Below the pieces are notes generated by a model. It searched no databases. It worked only from the letters and a program-made list of their open reading frames with translations, and was not told where the DNA came from. The position numbers and the translations under genes are program-made. A stretch of DNA of 64,000 nt from a virus (lineage: Duplodnaviria > Heunggongvirae > Uroviricota > Caudoviricetes): positions 1-64,000 of IMG/VR virus record IMGVR_UViG_3300022871_000009. One strand, 5' to 3'. Below are positions 1-8,691 of this stretch, piece by piece (position 1 is the stretch's first letter; each line of letters begins with the position of its first letter).

Positions 1-244
1 TGATTTTTTCAGAATGAAAATTACAAGTAGTGCAATCGTGTAAATAAATATTATGTGTGTCTAAACAATCTGCTAAGTATTTTATTGCTTCAATTATTTT
101 ATCTTGGTTCATATTATAATTGGGTTACTAATAAACAATCGCCTACACCTAAAGTCGAAACAGTTAGGATAGAGTTTGCTAGCTAAACTCGTCCTATTGC
201 GTAACAACCCATGCTTGTCCGGGTGCAGGAGACTATCTACTATT

Positions 245-715
245 TTAGTATAAATCTTCACTAAATAAAGTGTTACCCCTATACCCATCTAGGTCAACAG
301 ACTTCCAACTTACTTCATTCATCAACTTACGACCTTCTTCTCTTCCTACAAATCTATTCTTTCCTGTCATAAAACCCTGTTCAATTTCTTTCCAATCTTT
401 TCTATCTGGTCTGCCTGCTCTATTAGCAAAACAATCTCCGTGTCGGTGTCCGCGGATTATCCGCTGACCACTAGGTGTTTCAAATTTTATTGCAGCACAG
501 ATACAAATTTCTTTCTCTTTCTTAAAATAGTCCCAATAACCAAACTTCTTTCCGTACTCTCTCCATTGAGATACACCCATTGGCAACTCCACTCTTTTCT
601 CAACCAAATAACCTATCTGTCTTTCCAAATCAGCTAACAAGAGCCATCGTTCGGCACGGTTTTTAGTGCCGAACTCAGCACCCTTAAGTCTTTCAATTAT
701 ATTTTCTATTTTCAT
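245..715 (-). CDS. hypothetical protein (basic, His/Cys motif RGHRHGDCF)
   Basis: 156-aa ORF. No family recognised by eye. Sits in a minus-strand run of tightly abutting genes. Confidence 0.4.
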   Translation of the reverse strand: MKIENIIERLKGAEFGTKNRAERWLLLADLERQIGYLVEKRVELPMGVSQWREYGKKFGYWDYFKKEKEICICAAIKFETPSGQRIIRGHRHGDCFANRAGRPDRKDWKEIEQGFMTGKNRFVGREEGRKLMNEVSWKSVDLDGYRGNTLFSEDLY

Positions 716-1080
716 ACTCTCTCATGTTTGTTCCACTCTTCACGGCTAATACCGTTGTGGACTCTTTTAACTTTTATATTTATTTTTGCTAGGTCTACAT
801 CACAATCATCAAACGCTAAGTCAACACTATCACTCTTAGATTTAACTCGTATCTGTGCTTCCAGACCAAGCTTCTCAGCCCAAGTCTTCGCCCAATCAAT
901 ACCAGAGCTACTCCAGATAACCATTGTGTGACCTTGTGCTTGAAACCATTTGTACACCTCAATTGTTTCATAGTTTGGTGTGTCTCTGTCGAAACCAGTA
1001 ACAACTGCTGGTACGATTAGAGTATCATCCACATCAAACGCTATTGTCAGTTTTTTCTTGTTCATATTTTTTAGTATCAT
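712..1080 (-). CDS. HAD-superfamily phosphatase-like protein
   Basis: N-terminal FDVDDTL matches HAD motif I (DxDxT). 4-bp overlap with the upstream gene. Confidence 0.55.
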   Translation of the reverse strand: MILKNMNKKKLTIAFDVDDTLIVPAVVTGFDRDTPNYETIEVYKWFQAQGHTMVIWSSSGIDWAKTWAEKLGLEAQIRVKSKSDSVDLAFDDCDVDLAKINIKVKRVHNGISREEWNKHERV

Positions 1081-1585
1081 AACGAGCGTTCTGATATTTT
1101 CTTTGATAAGCTCGATATTTTTCAGTCCTATGATATTTATTAAGACGCTCCTTTACATTTTTCTTTTGATAATATTCTTTTCTATATTTCTTTGCTTCAG
1201 CGGTTGCATTCCTTTTTTTACTATAACATATAGAACACAATCCCATACTAATATGCCTTCTGTCTGACTTCCCACATTCTATGCAAACATCCAATTCATA
1301 AACAGGTGACCACATCATTTTTTTCTTTCTCATACACTCGTCACAAGTTGTAAGACAACCACCATCACCTCGATAAACATTTCCACCAGAACCTTCAGTA
1401 AATTGAACACCACACTTGTGACAGTTATATTTTTGAGCATATCTGGTACGCCCAAGTTCACCAGAATCATGAAGTACTTGGCTCACCCTCTGCCTGCTTA
1501 AACCATATTTGTCAGCAACTACCTGCAAAGTATGCCCAGCGGCATACAACGCACACATGTCTTGATTTCTCTTTTTTAGATTCAT
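1034..1585 (-). CDS. HTH (sigma-70 region-4-like) plus multi-CxxC zinc-ribbon regulatory protein
   Basis: ALYAAGHTLQVVADKYGLSRQRVSQVL resembles a sigma region 4.2 HTH. Four CxxC pairs follow (CHKCG, CDEC, CIECG, CSICY). The likely true start is the ATG at 1585, 1 nt after the Fic stop; the tracked ORF extends to 1654. Confidence 0.5.
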   Translation of the reverse strand: MNLKKRNQDMCALYAAGHTLQVVADKYGLSRQRVSQVLHDSGELGRTRYAQKYNCHKCGVQFTEGSGGNVYRGDGGCLTTCDECMRKKKMMWSPVYELDVCIECGKSDRRHISMGLCSICYSKKRNATAEAKKYRKEYYQKKNVKERLNKYHRTEKYRAYQRKYQNARYDTKKYEQEKTDNSV

Positions 1586-1586
1586 A

Positions 1587-2108
1587 TTAACGAAACCAAT
1601 AATAATAAGCTTTCTGTTGGGGGTGAAACTCTGTTTCATTTTTAGCCCAACCACGAATCACGTCAACAGGTAATCCTACACGTAGTCTCAAAAGGTTATA
1701 AAATATTCTACCAACTCTTCCGTTACCATCCTCAAATGGGTGAATCCTTTCAAACATTATATGATTCGATTTAACCAACTCCTTCAAACCAACAGCCCCT
1801 CGCATGCAAGACAACTTATTAAAATCTTTACAGAAATTAGCCACTTCACATTTGAGTAAATTACTACTGATAAATCTCTTACAATCTCCACCTATCCAAA
1901 CATCACACTCTCGGAACTTCCCAGCAATTCTAGGGTTTATATTTTTCAACAAATAGTTGTGTACTCTCAGAACATCACTAACTTTGATATCTCTCTTTTG
2001 CTTATCAATCCATGTCCATGCCTTCTCGGCGTCTTTCATAGACCTTTCGCTGTATTCACGCTCAATCCAGTTAGATTGCTCAAGAAAGTAGCTTACTTCA
2101 TCTTGCAT
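1587..2108 (-). CDS. Fic/Doc family protein (putative AMPylase)
   Basis: Canonical Fic motif HPFEDGNGRVGR (HxFx[D/E]GNGRxxR). Confidence 0.75.
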   Translation of the reverse strand: MQDEVSYFLEQSNWIEREYSERSMKDAEKAWTWIDKQKRDIKVSDVLRVHNYLLKNINPRIAGKFRECDVWIGGDCKRFISSNLLKCEVANFCKDFNKLSCMRGAVGLKELVKSNHIMFERIHPFEDGNGRVGRIFYNLLRLRVGLPVDVIRGWAKNETEFHPQQKAYYYWFR

Positions 2109-2995
2109 AAACTTTCTTTTAGTATTTTAGTTAACACTTTTTTAAATCTTTTTTTAGGGTTGTACTTCAGAACATAACCAGCTTTTAGAATGTTCGCGAA
2201 CGAATAAGAAATGTCTTCTTTCTGAGCAGGGATTCTATCGAAATTACACCAAATCTTTTTCTTCTCACATATCTTGGTGAAAATCTTTTCCATTTCATCC
2301 AACGTGATTACCTCTGCCCCACCAAGATGGAACACTCTAGCAATCTCTGGACTCTCAGAACTATAATCTGGCATTTTCTTTACCAACGAGCACACACCTT
2401 CCACCAAGTCTCCAACGTAGGTGTAGCCACGAGCTGATTTACCATCCCCATAAAAAGGGATTTCTTTTCCACTATTTATTTTCTCTATCCATTTGTAAAC
2501 TACCATATCTTTTCTACCATTTTCGCCATACACAGAGAATGGTCTTACAATAAACCAATTCAAGTCACTATTCTTCACAAGCATTTCTCCTGTCACCTTT
2601 GTTACTCCATAATTTGAAATTGGATTATACGGAGCACACTCTGCCAACCCTTTTTCGCTGTCACTATTTCCACCCAATACAGATGAACTGCTAAAGAAAA
2701 TAAGATTATCACAACCATGCTTTTCGCAGGCGCTAATCACGTTAGCAGTACCTTCGATGTTTGTGCTGATATATTCACTTGGATATTCGATACTCTTCAA
2801 AACTCCAGCTCTAGCTGCTAAATGGATTACAGCATCGAATTGACCCTCACCCATCACTTTGTCCAAATTGAACTTATCACGAGTGTCATCACCATCAACA
2901 ATATCATAACCGGTAACATCGTAGCCTTGTTTTTTTAATTGTTGGACAAGGCGTGTTCCAATGAAACCATGGTGCCCAGTTACTAATATTTTCAT
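2093..2995 (-). CDS. NAD-dependent sugar epimerase/dehydratase (UDP-glucose 4-epimerase-like)
   Basis: N-terminal Rossmann MKILVTGHHGFIGTRL. Catalytic YxxxK (YGVTK). Length 300 aa. Confidence 0.75.
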   Translation of the reverse strand: MKILVTGHHGFIGTRLVQQLKKQGYDVTGYDIVDGDDTRDKFNLDKVMGEGQFDAVIHLAARAGVLKSIEYPSEYISTNIEGTANVISACEKHGCDNLIFFSSSSVLGGNSDSEKGLAECAPYNPISNYGVTKVTGEMLVKNSDLNWFIVRPFSVYGENGRKDMVVYKWIEKINSGKEIPFYGDGKSARGYTYVGDLVEGVCSLVKKMPDYSSESPEIARVFHLGGAEVITLDEMEKIFTKICEKKKIWCNFDRIPAQKEDISYSFANILKAGYVLKYNPKKRFKKVLTKILKESLCKMK

Positions 2996-2997
2996 AT

Positions 2998-3165
2998 TTA
3001 TTTCTTTAACACATCTTCTAATTTAATACTTTTTCCACAGAACTCACATTTACCAGCACTGATAGTTTTCCCAGTAATAATCTTACTGCAATGTGGACAG
3101 GCAAGACCGCTCCTAGCAGGAGCTTCTTCTGGTTCTTCATACCACTTTTGTTTTGCTTTTGTCAT
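2998..3165 (-). CDS. small zinc-ribbon protein (55 aa), not in the ORF track
   Basis: Manual translation: MTKAKQKWYEEPEEAPARSGLACPHCSKIITGKTISAGKCEFCGKSIKLEDVLKK. Two CxxC pairs. Fills the 170-bp gap between flanking genes exactly (3-4 nt spacers). Confidence 0.4.
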   Translation of the reverse strand: MTKAKQKWYEEPEEAPARSGLACPHCSKIITGKTISAGKCEFCGKSIKLEDVLKK

Positions 3166-3169
3166 ATTG

Positions 3170-3586
3170 TTATATCAGTGTTTGTTGTGGTGAATATTCA
3201 TCCACTTTTAAATATTTCTCTCGTCTACCTTTTTGTAATCTTGACCCATTTTCATCATAGATATCCCACCATTTCTTTTCTAAAAACCTCTGCATTTCAT
3301 ATCCACCATAGCTCCAGTTCCAACCAATTTGTTTGAATAAATTAAACGGAGCTGACCACTTTTCAACATTATCCCCATCGTAAATTTCTACCACGTTACA
3401 ATTAGTTTTTTTCAATTCATCATAAACTTCCAAACTAATTCCGTATGCTTTATACTTTCTTAAAAAATGAATTGAACTACGAACGTATTTTATAAATACG
3501 CCAGTGTCAGTCAAATCTCCTACACTCACGGAACGACGCTTCTTTCCTTTGCCCAGAATGATTCTAAATTGTTTTACTACTTTCAT
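3170..3586 (-). CDS. hypothetical protein, early gene behind a consensus promoter
   Basis: ORF. Likely ATG start at 3586 (MKVVKQ...). The track shows a GTG at 3592. Confidence 0.45.
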   Translation of the reverse strand: MKVVKQFRIILGKGKKRRSVSVGDLTDTGVFIKYVRSSIHFLRKYKAYGISLEVYDELKKTNCNVVEIYDGDNVEKWSAPFNLFKQIGWNWSYGGYEMQRFLEKKWWDIYDENGSRLQKGRREKYLKVDEYSPQQTLI

Positions 3587-3597
3587 AAGCACTTACT

Positions 3598-3626
3598 ATT
3601 ATACCATACTTACTATGACTTGTCAA
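3598..3626 (-). promoter_or_regulatory. sigma70-like promoter (TTGACA-17-TATAAT) with palindromic -35 context
   Basis: Reverse complement reads CACTTGACAAGTcatagtaagtaTGGTATAAT. Same 30-mer architecture as the promoters at 8692 and 12032. Confidence 0.55.
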
Positions 3627-3629
3627 GTG

Positions 3630-3893
3630 TTAGTAAGTATCCAGATTTAATTTAGCAATTCTAGCCGCTATTGAAGCTCTTTTTCTCCAATCAGATTCAT
3701 TCTCCATTTGAACTTGAAGTATGGGGACAATGCCTCCCGCTACGGCTTCCGCTTCCATCCCAGCGGTCCGCGTACCGGAGAAAAGAGGTTTTTCAGACAA
3801 TTTAGCGTTCTCAGTCTCATTCTCAGCAGCCTCTGAGGCCTCCATTTTGGCTCTTTCAGAGGCGATAGGGTCGTAATTGGGCATAGATACCAT
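3630..3893 (-). CDS. hypothetical protein
   Basis: 87-aa ORF, acidic, Ala/Glu-rich. Confidence 0.4.
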   Translation of the reverse strand: MVSMPNYDPIASERAKMEASEAAENETENAKLSEKPLFSGTRTAGMEAEAVAGGIVPILQVQMENESDWRKRASIAARIAKLNLDTY

Positions 3894-3923
3894 TTTTAAA
3901 AATTAAGGTGCTTCTAGGGCATT

Positions 3924-5678
3924 TTAACTAACTATTTTTCCGCCAAATTCTTTTACCACTAATTTAGCTAGTTTGTTGTCTTCTCGAACGCTGTCCATTT
4001 CAGTTCCTCTCATCCATTCGCCAAGCTTCTTGTAGTCCCCAGTTTCTGAATCAAATTCAACTTCAACCATTCCCTCGCCATTTGGATTCCTGGCTTTTGG
4101 GATAAAGAATTTGGTTTTGTATTGTTTATGCTTCTCTTCCTTGCTAACTGACCTGTCTCTCCACAAACTAATCACGTAGTTAGCGTTCTGCACAATTGAA
4201 ATACTGTCTTTGAAACTATCGAGTGTAGGCTTCTTGCCTTCTAGTTTCTTGTAGTGAACAACGAGCAATATTCTCGCCCCTGTCCTACGTTGCAAGGTTC
4301 TAAGTCGAATCATTATTCGCTCAATGTAATCTGCTTTACTTCCGCTCTTTGCAAACAAATCGAAGTAATGCAAATGGTCCACAAGGAACATTCCCACACC
4401 TTGGGAGGCTTGTCTTTCTATCAACTCCTCGAGCAAATCAATGTTCATCATGCTATCAACTTTCGCAAACATGATATTCTCGTTCAGCAATTCGTAGCGT
4501 GCTTCTTCCAGATATCCTTTATAATTTTTATCAGTGATTTCGTTACGACGATATTCGTTCCAGTGATAATTCACAGAAGTTGCTCCCTCGTATTTTTTCT
4601 TAATTTGTCCTAGTTTGAAATACAAAGCCTTAATCCCATAGTCTTCAAGTCGGTCCTCGAGCGCATAGACTGCGCATTTGTTCTTCTTGCTTGCTTTATA
4701 AATTACGTTTGTAGCAAATGTTGTTTTTCCAGTTCCCGACTCTCCACCAATTACCACCAACTCGCCTGGGAAAATCCCGGTAAGCTGTTCGTCCAACCAA
4801 TCATATCCGAAGCTGACAATATCTTCTGACTTTGTGTTTCTTAATTCTTTAATTCCCAAGTCTAGAACAGAACTCATATCGAGAAACTCAACGTTATCAG
4901 CTTCAGCTTTTACATCTGCGTTGCTGATGTCTGGAGAATAATTCTTGTCTTTCGAATCAGCTGTCCTACCACGGAATTCTTTTTTACAAATACTATTAAA
5001 AGTTACTCTGAGTTCACTCTCAGGCAACGGAGGTACGTTTGATAAATTCCACTTCTGAACCGTAGGCCACACCATGGATTCCCACTCCCTAGGATTGATT
5101 GAACGAATCAATTTTCCTATGAACTGGGCTGCGGCGTTATTTCGTCCGCCTGATGAAACTCCACTAGAAACTTCGGCCCAATTCGTTTGAGGTAATTCTG
5201 CAGGCATTGGAACTGGGCTGAGGGAAACACCGAAGAATTCTTTTGGAAAATCAACCATGTCTTCATCGAAAGTTGACCACTCGTAGTGTTCTCCACTTGC
5301 GTGCAACGATGGTGGGGCTACTACATAGCCGCCTTCTCCACGAATATCTGTCAGCTCTTTGATACGAGCTTTGTTCCCAACACCCTCGCAATAATTATAA
5401 TAATAATGCCAACCACCCCCACCAGTTTTGACGATTTTAGTCATTGGCAAACCTTTGGTGTCTCCACCTTTTTCAACGTCAATGACTGTAATCCCAGAAA
5501 TTTTCCCTGTGATTATTCCGATATTTGCATCAGGGAATTTCGTCCACCACGCTTCGACTTCTTCTGCGGTTGCACGACGTTTTTGAAATTCTAACCAAGA
5601 GACCATCGGTAGTTTGTTCTTCCCAACGGGAATTACCGAGTAGCCTTGTGATAAATATTCTAGTGCGTATTTCTTCAT
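3924..5678 (-). CDS. bifunctional primase-polymerase (Prim-Pol N-terminal domain) / DnaB-like helicase
   Basis: N-terminal Prim-Pol-like region (YSVIPV...GGGGWHYYYNY). C-terminal P-loop GESGTGKTTFATNV, then a RecA/DnaB-like helicase fold with Walker B LFLVDHL. Confidence 0.8.
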   Translation of the reverse strand: MKKYALEYLSQGYSVIPVGKNKLPMVSWLEFQKRRATAEEVEAWWTKFPDANIGIITGKISGITVIDVEKGGDTKGLPMTKIVKTGGGGWHYYYNYCEGVGNKARIKELTDIRGEGGYVVAPPSLHASGEHYEWSTFDEDMVDFPKEFFGVSLSPVPMPAELPQTNWAEVSSGVSSGGRNNAAAQFIGKLIRSINPREWESMVWPTVQKWNLSNVPPLPESELRVTFNSICKKEFRGRTADSKDKNYSPDISNADVKAEADNVEFLDMSSVLDLGIKELRNTKSEDIVSFGYDWLDEQLTGIFPGELVVIGGESGTGKTTFATNVIYKASKKNKCAVYALEDRLEDYGIKALYFKLGQIKKKYEGATSVNYHWNEYRRNEITDKNYKGYLEEARYELLNENIMFAKVDSMMNIDLLEELIERQASQGVGMFLVDHLHYFDLFAKSGSKADYIERIMIRLRTLQRRTGARILLVVHYKKLEGKKPTLDSFKDSISIVQNANYVISLWRDRSVSKEEKHKQYKTKFFIPKARNPNGEGMVEVEFDSETGDYKKLGEWMRGTEMDSVREDNKLAKLVVKEFGGKIVS

Positions 5679-5682
5679 ATTT

Positions 5683-6969
5683 TTATAAGTTTACGTATTT
5701 TAGATATCCGCCTTCCTTCATCATGAAGTCGTACATGCTGTAGCGGTGCAGTTGATAGCCATTGCCATTTGCTGTGCGGTTTAGAATCTCTTTGGCATAT
5801 TTTGAAATGGCATTCTGCCATTGCGATTTTGAAATCCCTATTCCCTGCCAGTAGGTCGCTGTTAACTCTGTCGGACCGAGAACGGAAGGGAAAAGCCCCA
5901 AGTCATAAACCGACTGATTCAAGCAGTCAGCCACCTCAAGACGTTTCATTGCTTCGGTGCCAGCAAAATGGTTCCAGTTCTTGATAGCTTCGTTGAGCGT
6001 GAATCCAGTTGCAGATGTTATCTCGCCCCGTTCAGGACTGGCCGTTGTGGAAGCGTTGATTTTATCTCGGGTGGTATTCATGGACCGCTTTTGGTCCGCC
6101 AGGTTTCTTTGGTGCCAAGTAGATACAGCTGACTTCCACTTCTTCATTCGATTCGACCCAATCATCCAATCCTTAGATTCGTAGTGGTGCCAGAAACTGG
6201 TTGCGTCGATTTCTGTGTATTTGCTTTCTTTCAAATATTCTTCAACATCTTCGATTGTGGGTTTGATAAAACCATTTGAGAACTTCTTCCTTTTGGCCCC
6301 ACCCTCCCGCGCGCAAATCCTATTCTCTAAAGAGGGTTCTTTCTTTTGTTTAGTTTCTTTTGTTGTTATCAGGGCTGATAACACCCTGTTATCAGGGCTG
6401 ATAACACCCCCCCCATTTTTGGGTAGTGAGACCGTTTTGAGAGCACCCCTGTTTTCCGCTAAGCTATCATCTTTTTCGCATAAGTGAGACCGTTCTGATA
6501 ACACCCGTGAGACCGTTTTGATAACACCCCCATTTGCTGTTTTTTCATCATTCTCAAAAGTGCTATTCTCTTCATTTTCGCCTAAGGTTAGCGGAAAAGC
6601 GGTATTTTGGGCAGAATTGACTTTCTTCTTCTCTAGAACGACCCATTTTTCACTGTATTTTATGAATTTTAAGCTGTTTATCTTATGATTTTTAGCGTCT
6701 TTTTTCTCACGCACTACTTCTACTATACCCTTAGCTTCTAGTGAACGTAGAACTCTTGGGATGTTTTGGCGCATTATTCCTGTCTGCTCAGACAACTGAG
6801 ATAGGGCTATGTAATCTTCTTTTTTGTCCCAACCATACGTCTTCCTTATTATAGCCAAAACTATTCTAAATTCAACATTAGACAACTTCACCATGCAGAG
6901 GTCGTCTATAATTTCATTGGCTATTCTAGTGTAGCCATTTTCTAATTGTGCACCGTGAGCGTCTGACAT
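5683..6969 (-). CDS. phage replication initiator, lambda O-like N-terminal wHTH domain
   Basis: N-terminus (GYTRIANEIIDDL...VEFRIVLAIIRKTYGWDKKEDYIALSQLSEQTGIMRQNIPRVLRSLEAKGIV) closely matches the replication protein O N-terminal family. DNA iterons lie in the central linker. Confidence 0.8.
   Translation of the reverse strand: MSDAHGAQLENGYTRIANEIIDDLCMVKLSNVEFRIVLAIIRKTYGWDKKEDYIALSQLSEQTGIMRQNIPRVLRSLEAKGIVEVVREKKDAKNHKINSLKFIKYSEKWVVLEKKKVNSAQNTAFPLTLGENEENSTFENDEKTANGGVIKTVSRVLSERSHLCEKDDSLAENRGALKTVSLPKNGGGVISPDNRVLSALITTKETKQKKEPSLENRICAREGGAKRKKFSNGFIKPTIEDVEEYLKESKYTEIDATSFWHHYESKDWMIGSNRMKKWKSAVSTWHQRNLADQKRSMNTTRDKINASTTASPERGEITSATGFTLNEAIKNWNHFAGTEAMKRLEVADCLNQSVYDLGLFPSVLGPTELTATYWQGIGISKSQWQNAISKYAKEILNRTANGNGYQLHRYSMYDFMMKEGGYLKYVNL
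6365..6530. promoter_or_regulatory. candidate replication origin: five iterons with core TGA(T/G)A(A/G)CACCC inside the initiator gene
   Basis: Cores at 6376, 6399, 6438, 6496 and 6519. Two 23-bp tandem copies each contain the palindrome GTTATCAGGGCTGATAAC. Three copies of GTGAGACCGTT(T/C)TGATAACACCC. The arrangement matches ori-lambda lying inside the O gene. Confidence 0.6.
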
Positions 6970-6972
6970 AGT

Positions 6973-7380
6973 TTATTCTTCATTTTTCTCTGAGTTTGGC
7001 ATGAAAGCCTTGTTAAGACAAAATTTGTCTTTGCGCATTTTTATATAATCCATCTTATATAGGTAGTTGATATTTTTGAGCGTTCTGTATCTAGTCATTC
7101 CTGGTCGCTCTTTTAGACCTTTGCTCTTGAGGTCTTTTAATCTAAATTTGCGGGCCTGTTGATACGTCTCAGGAATTGACAAACACACTTTCGTGTCCTG
7201 AAACATGTCAGCAATATGTCTTGTCTGCACACTATGTAGTCTCTCTCTATAATCAATGTAGTCGTATGTTGTTTTTTTCATATTCATAAAATAAAAAATC
7301 CCTTGTAAGTGTCCACGACCCAAATGGTCGCCATGTCTATACAACGCCCAATTGGGAGTGCGCGCTTGAGAAGCGGACAT
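6973..7380 (-). CDS. hypothetical protein
   Basis: 135-aa ORF. Confidence 0.4.
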   Translation of the reverse strand: MSASQARTPNWALYRHGDHLGRGHLQGIFYFMNMKKTTYDYIDYRERLHSVQTRHIADMFQDTKVCLSIPETYQQARKFRLKDLKSKGLKERPGMTRYRTLKNINYLYKMDYIKMRKDKFCLNKAFMPNSEKNEE

Positions 7381-7440
7381 TTACAAGAGATTACATAGAC
7401 ATTTGGAATAAATTGTTAGTTCGTAGTCATTATACCACGA

Positions 7441-7782
7441 TTAATCCTTTTTGTCAAGTTCTTCTTTCTCCTCCTTAGGAGCGGAGCGAAAAGCTTGGTT
7501 GATTTTGTTGTTAGGATTTTTGTATTCGTTCATCACCATTGACTTCAGGCTCCACAAATTTGTAATTAGAGCTCTTGGGTCAACTTTCAACTTGCCTTGC
7601 CAGAATTCATTGACTGATTTAGACAACTCATCTGTTGGCTCAAAATTGAAATATCCAACTGGATTACGCTTCTCCCCTTCTATCTGGTAGTCTACTCTGA
7701 CAATATCAAATTTAAGAGTCACGAGTGTTGTTGCTAGGTAAATGTCCCTAGTAGAAAAAGTAGTCTTTTCCTTATTTTCCAT
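7441..7782 (-). CDS. hypothetical protein
   Basis: 113-aa ORF preceded by a promoter-like motif. Confidence 0.45.
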   Translation of the reverse strand: MENKEKTTFSTRDIYLATTLVTLKFDIVRVDYQIEGEKRNPVGYFNFEPTDELSKSVNEFWQGKLKVDPRALITNLWSLKSMVMNEYKNPNNKINQAFRSAPKEEKEELDKKD

Positions 7783-7815
7783 ATGATTTTATATTATTTT
7801 TTATATTCCGACCCT

Positions 7816-7844
7816 ATTATAGCATAAGTCCCTATTTACTATCA
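7816..7844 (-). promoter_or_regulatory. promoter with conserved extended -10 element AGGACTTATGCTATAAT
   Basis: Reverse complement TGATAG-17-TATAAT. A 16-nt block identical to the sites at 8632, 41388 and 55114. Confidence 0.45.
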
Positions 7845-7983
7845 GATACAAGCAAGACACGAAATAGCAGATGTAGAAGCACCCTGGACGAAAAGGATTT
7901 TGTGTCTTGCTATCATTCGCTTAAAAAAGCGACGCTGTTTGCACCTTTTCTATCTCATCGTATCTTCCTTGTAGCTGGTAGTT

Positions 7984-7999
7984 GTAAAGTACATTCACC
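7984..7999. repeat. 16-bp direct repeat TGTAAAGTACATTCAC, copy 1
   Basis: Exact second copy at 8403..8418. The two copies flank the small gene 8135..8359. Confidence 0.5.
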
Positions 8000-8134
8000 C
8001 AATCTCTATTAACTATGACCATGAAGTCCCAATATAAATTAGGCAATTACAGTCAATAGAGTTAGATGTAATTATACACACCAATTAACAAAATTGGATG
8101 AATATACTCTTAAAGCTCAGGGTCAAAGAATTAA

Positions 8135-8359
8135 TTATTCCTCTAGTGTTCCATCTGGATAAACATCTTCACTGCACACACAATGCCTCCAGAAAGCGTT
8201 AATACAATGACCAAAATCGTCTCTTGCCATATCTTTGACTGCTTTCTCTTGTCTCTCGTTGAGACCTATACCCTCTATTATGGTTAATATTTTTCCCTCT
8301 AAAAACTTGACTTGACCAGATGATTGGTCATAACTTAATAGTTTAGTTTTAACTTTCAT
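8135..8359 (-). CDS. hypothetical protein
   Basis: 74-aa ORF. Confidence 0.4.
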   Translation of the reverse strand: MKVKTKLLSYDQSSGQVKFLEGKILTIIEGIGLNERQEKAVKDMARDDFGHCINAFWRHCVCSEDVYPDGTLEE

Positions 8360-8402
8360 ACTTTACTTGACTTAACTTGACCCTGAATTGTAAAAGAACT
8401 AC

Positions 8403-8418
8403 TGTAAAGTACATTCAC
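8403..8418. repeat. 16-bp direct repeat TGTAAAGTACATTCAC, copy 2
   Basis: Exact match to 7984..7999. Confidence 0.5.
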
Positions 8419-8510
8419 AGACCGCACAATATACAGATAGCAGTCAGCACACCTAGGATACCCCAGGTCCACAGTACTACTCCTAAATTGCCGTCATATC
8501 TCTCTCTCAT
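8415..8510 (-). CDS. possible 31-aa hydrophobic micro-protein
   Basis: Manual translation MRERYDGNLGVVLWTWGILGVLTAICILCGL. About 120 nt downstream of the minus-strand promoter at 8632. No SD sequence. Confidence 0.2.
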   Translation of the reverse strand: MRERYDGNLGVVLWTWGILGVLTAICILCGL

Positions 8511-8631
8511 AATAAATATTATACTGTACCCCTAAAAAGGGGAGTGTAGGTCAACAACTAGTCATAACCGGCTCAGCCTATCTTCCTTTCGTTTTGTCGG
8601 ATACAGACAAATATCTACTATCTTTGACTAC

Positions 8632-8661
8632 ATTATAGCATAAGTCCTACCTAATTGTCAA
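8632..8661 (-). promoter_or_regulatory. promoter TTGACA-18-TATAAT carrying the AGGACTTATGCTATAAT element
   Basis: Reverse complement TTGACAattaggtAGGACTTATGCTATAAT. Divergent from the plus-strand promoter at 8692. Confidence 0.5.
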
Positions 8662-8691
8662 CCTGTTTTTAGACCCTGTGGATAGTAACAC

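Noticed and set aside
270-637. Plus-strand ORFs 270..467 and 440..637 opposite the 245..715 gene
   Set aside because: They lie fully inside a better-supported minus-strand gene within a uniformly minus-strand operon. They are typical shadow ORFs.
4254-6487. Antisense ORFs within the primase-helicase and initiator genes (4254..4613, 5286..5594, 5769..5984, 5957..6184, 6215..6487)
   Set aside because: Shadow ORFs inside genes with strong domain evidence.
8530-8543. CCCCTAAAAAGGGG hairpin as a rho-independent terminator
   Set aside because: No U-tract on either strand adjacent to the stem. Possibly just a small structural element.
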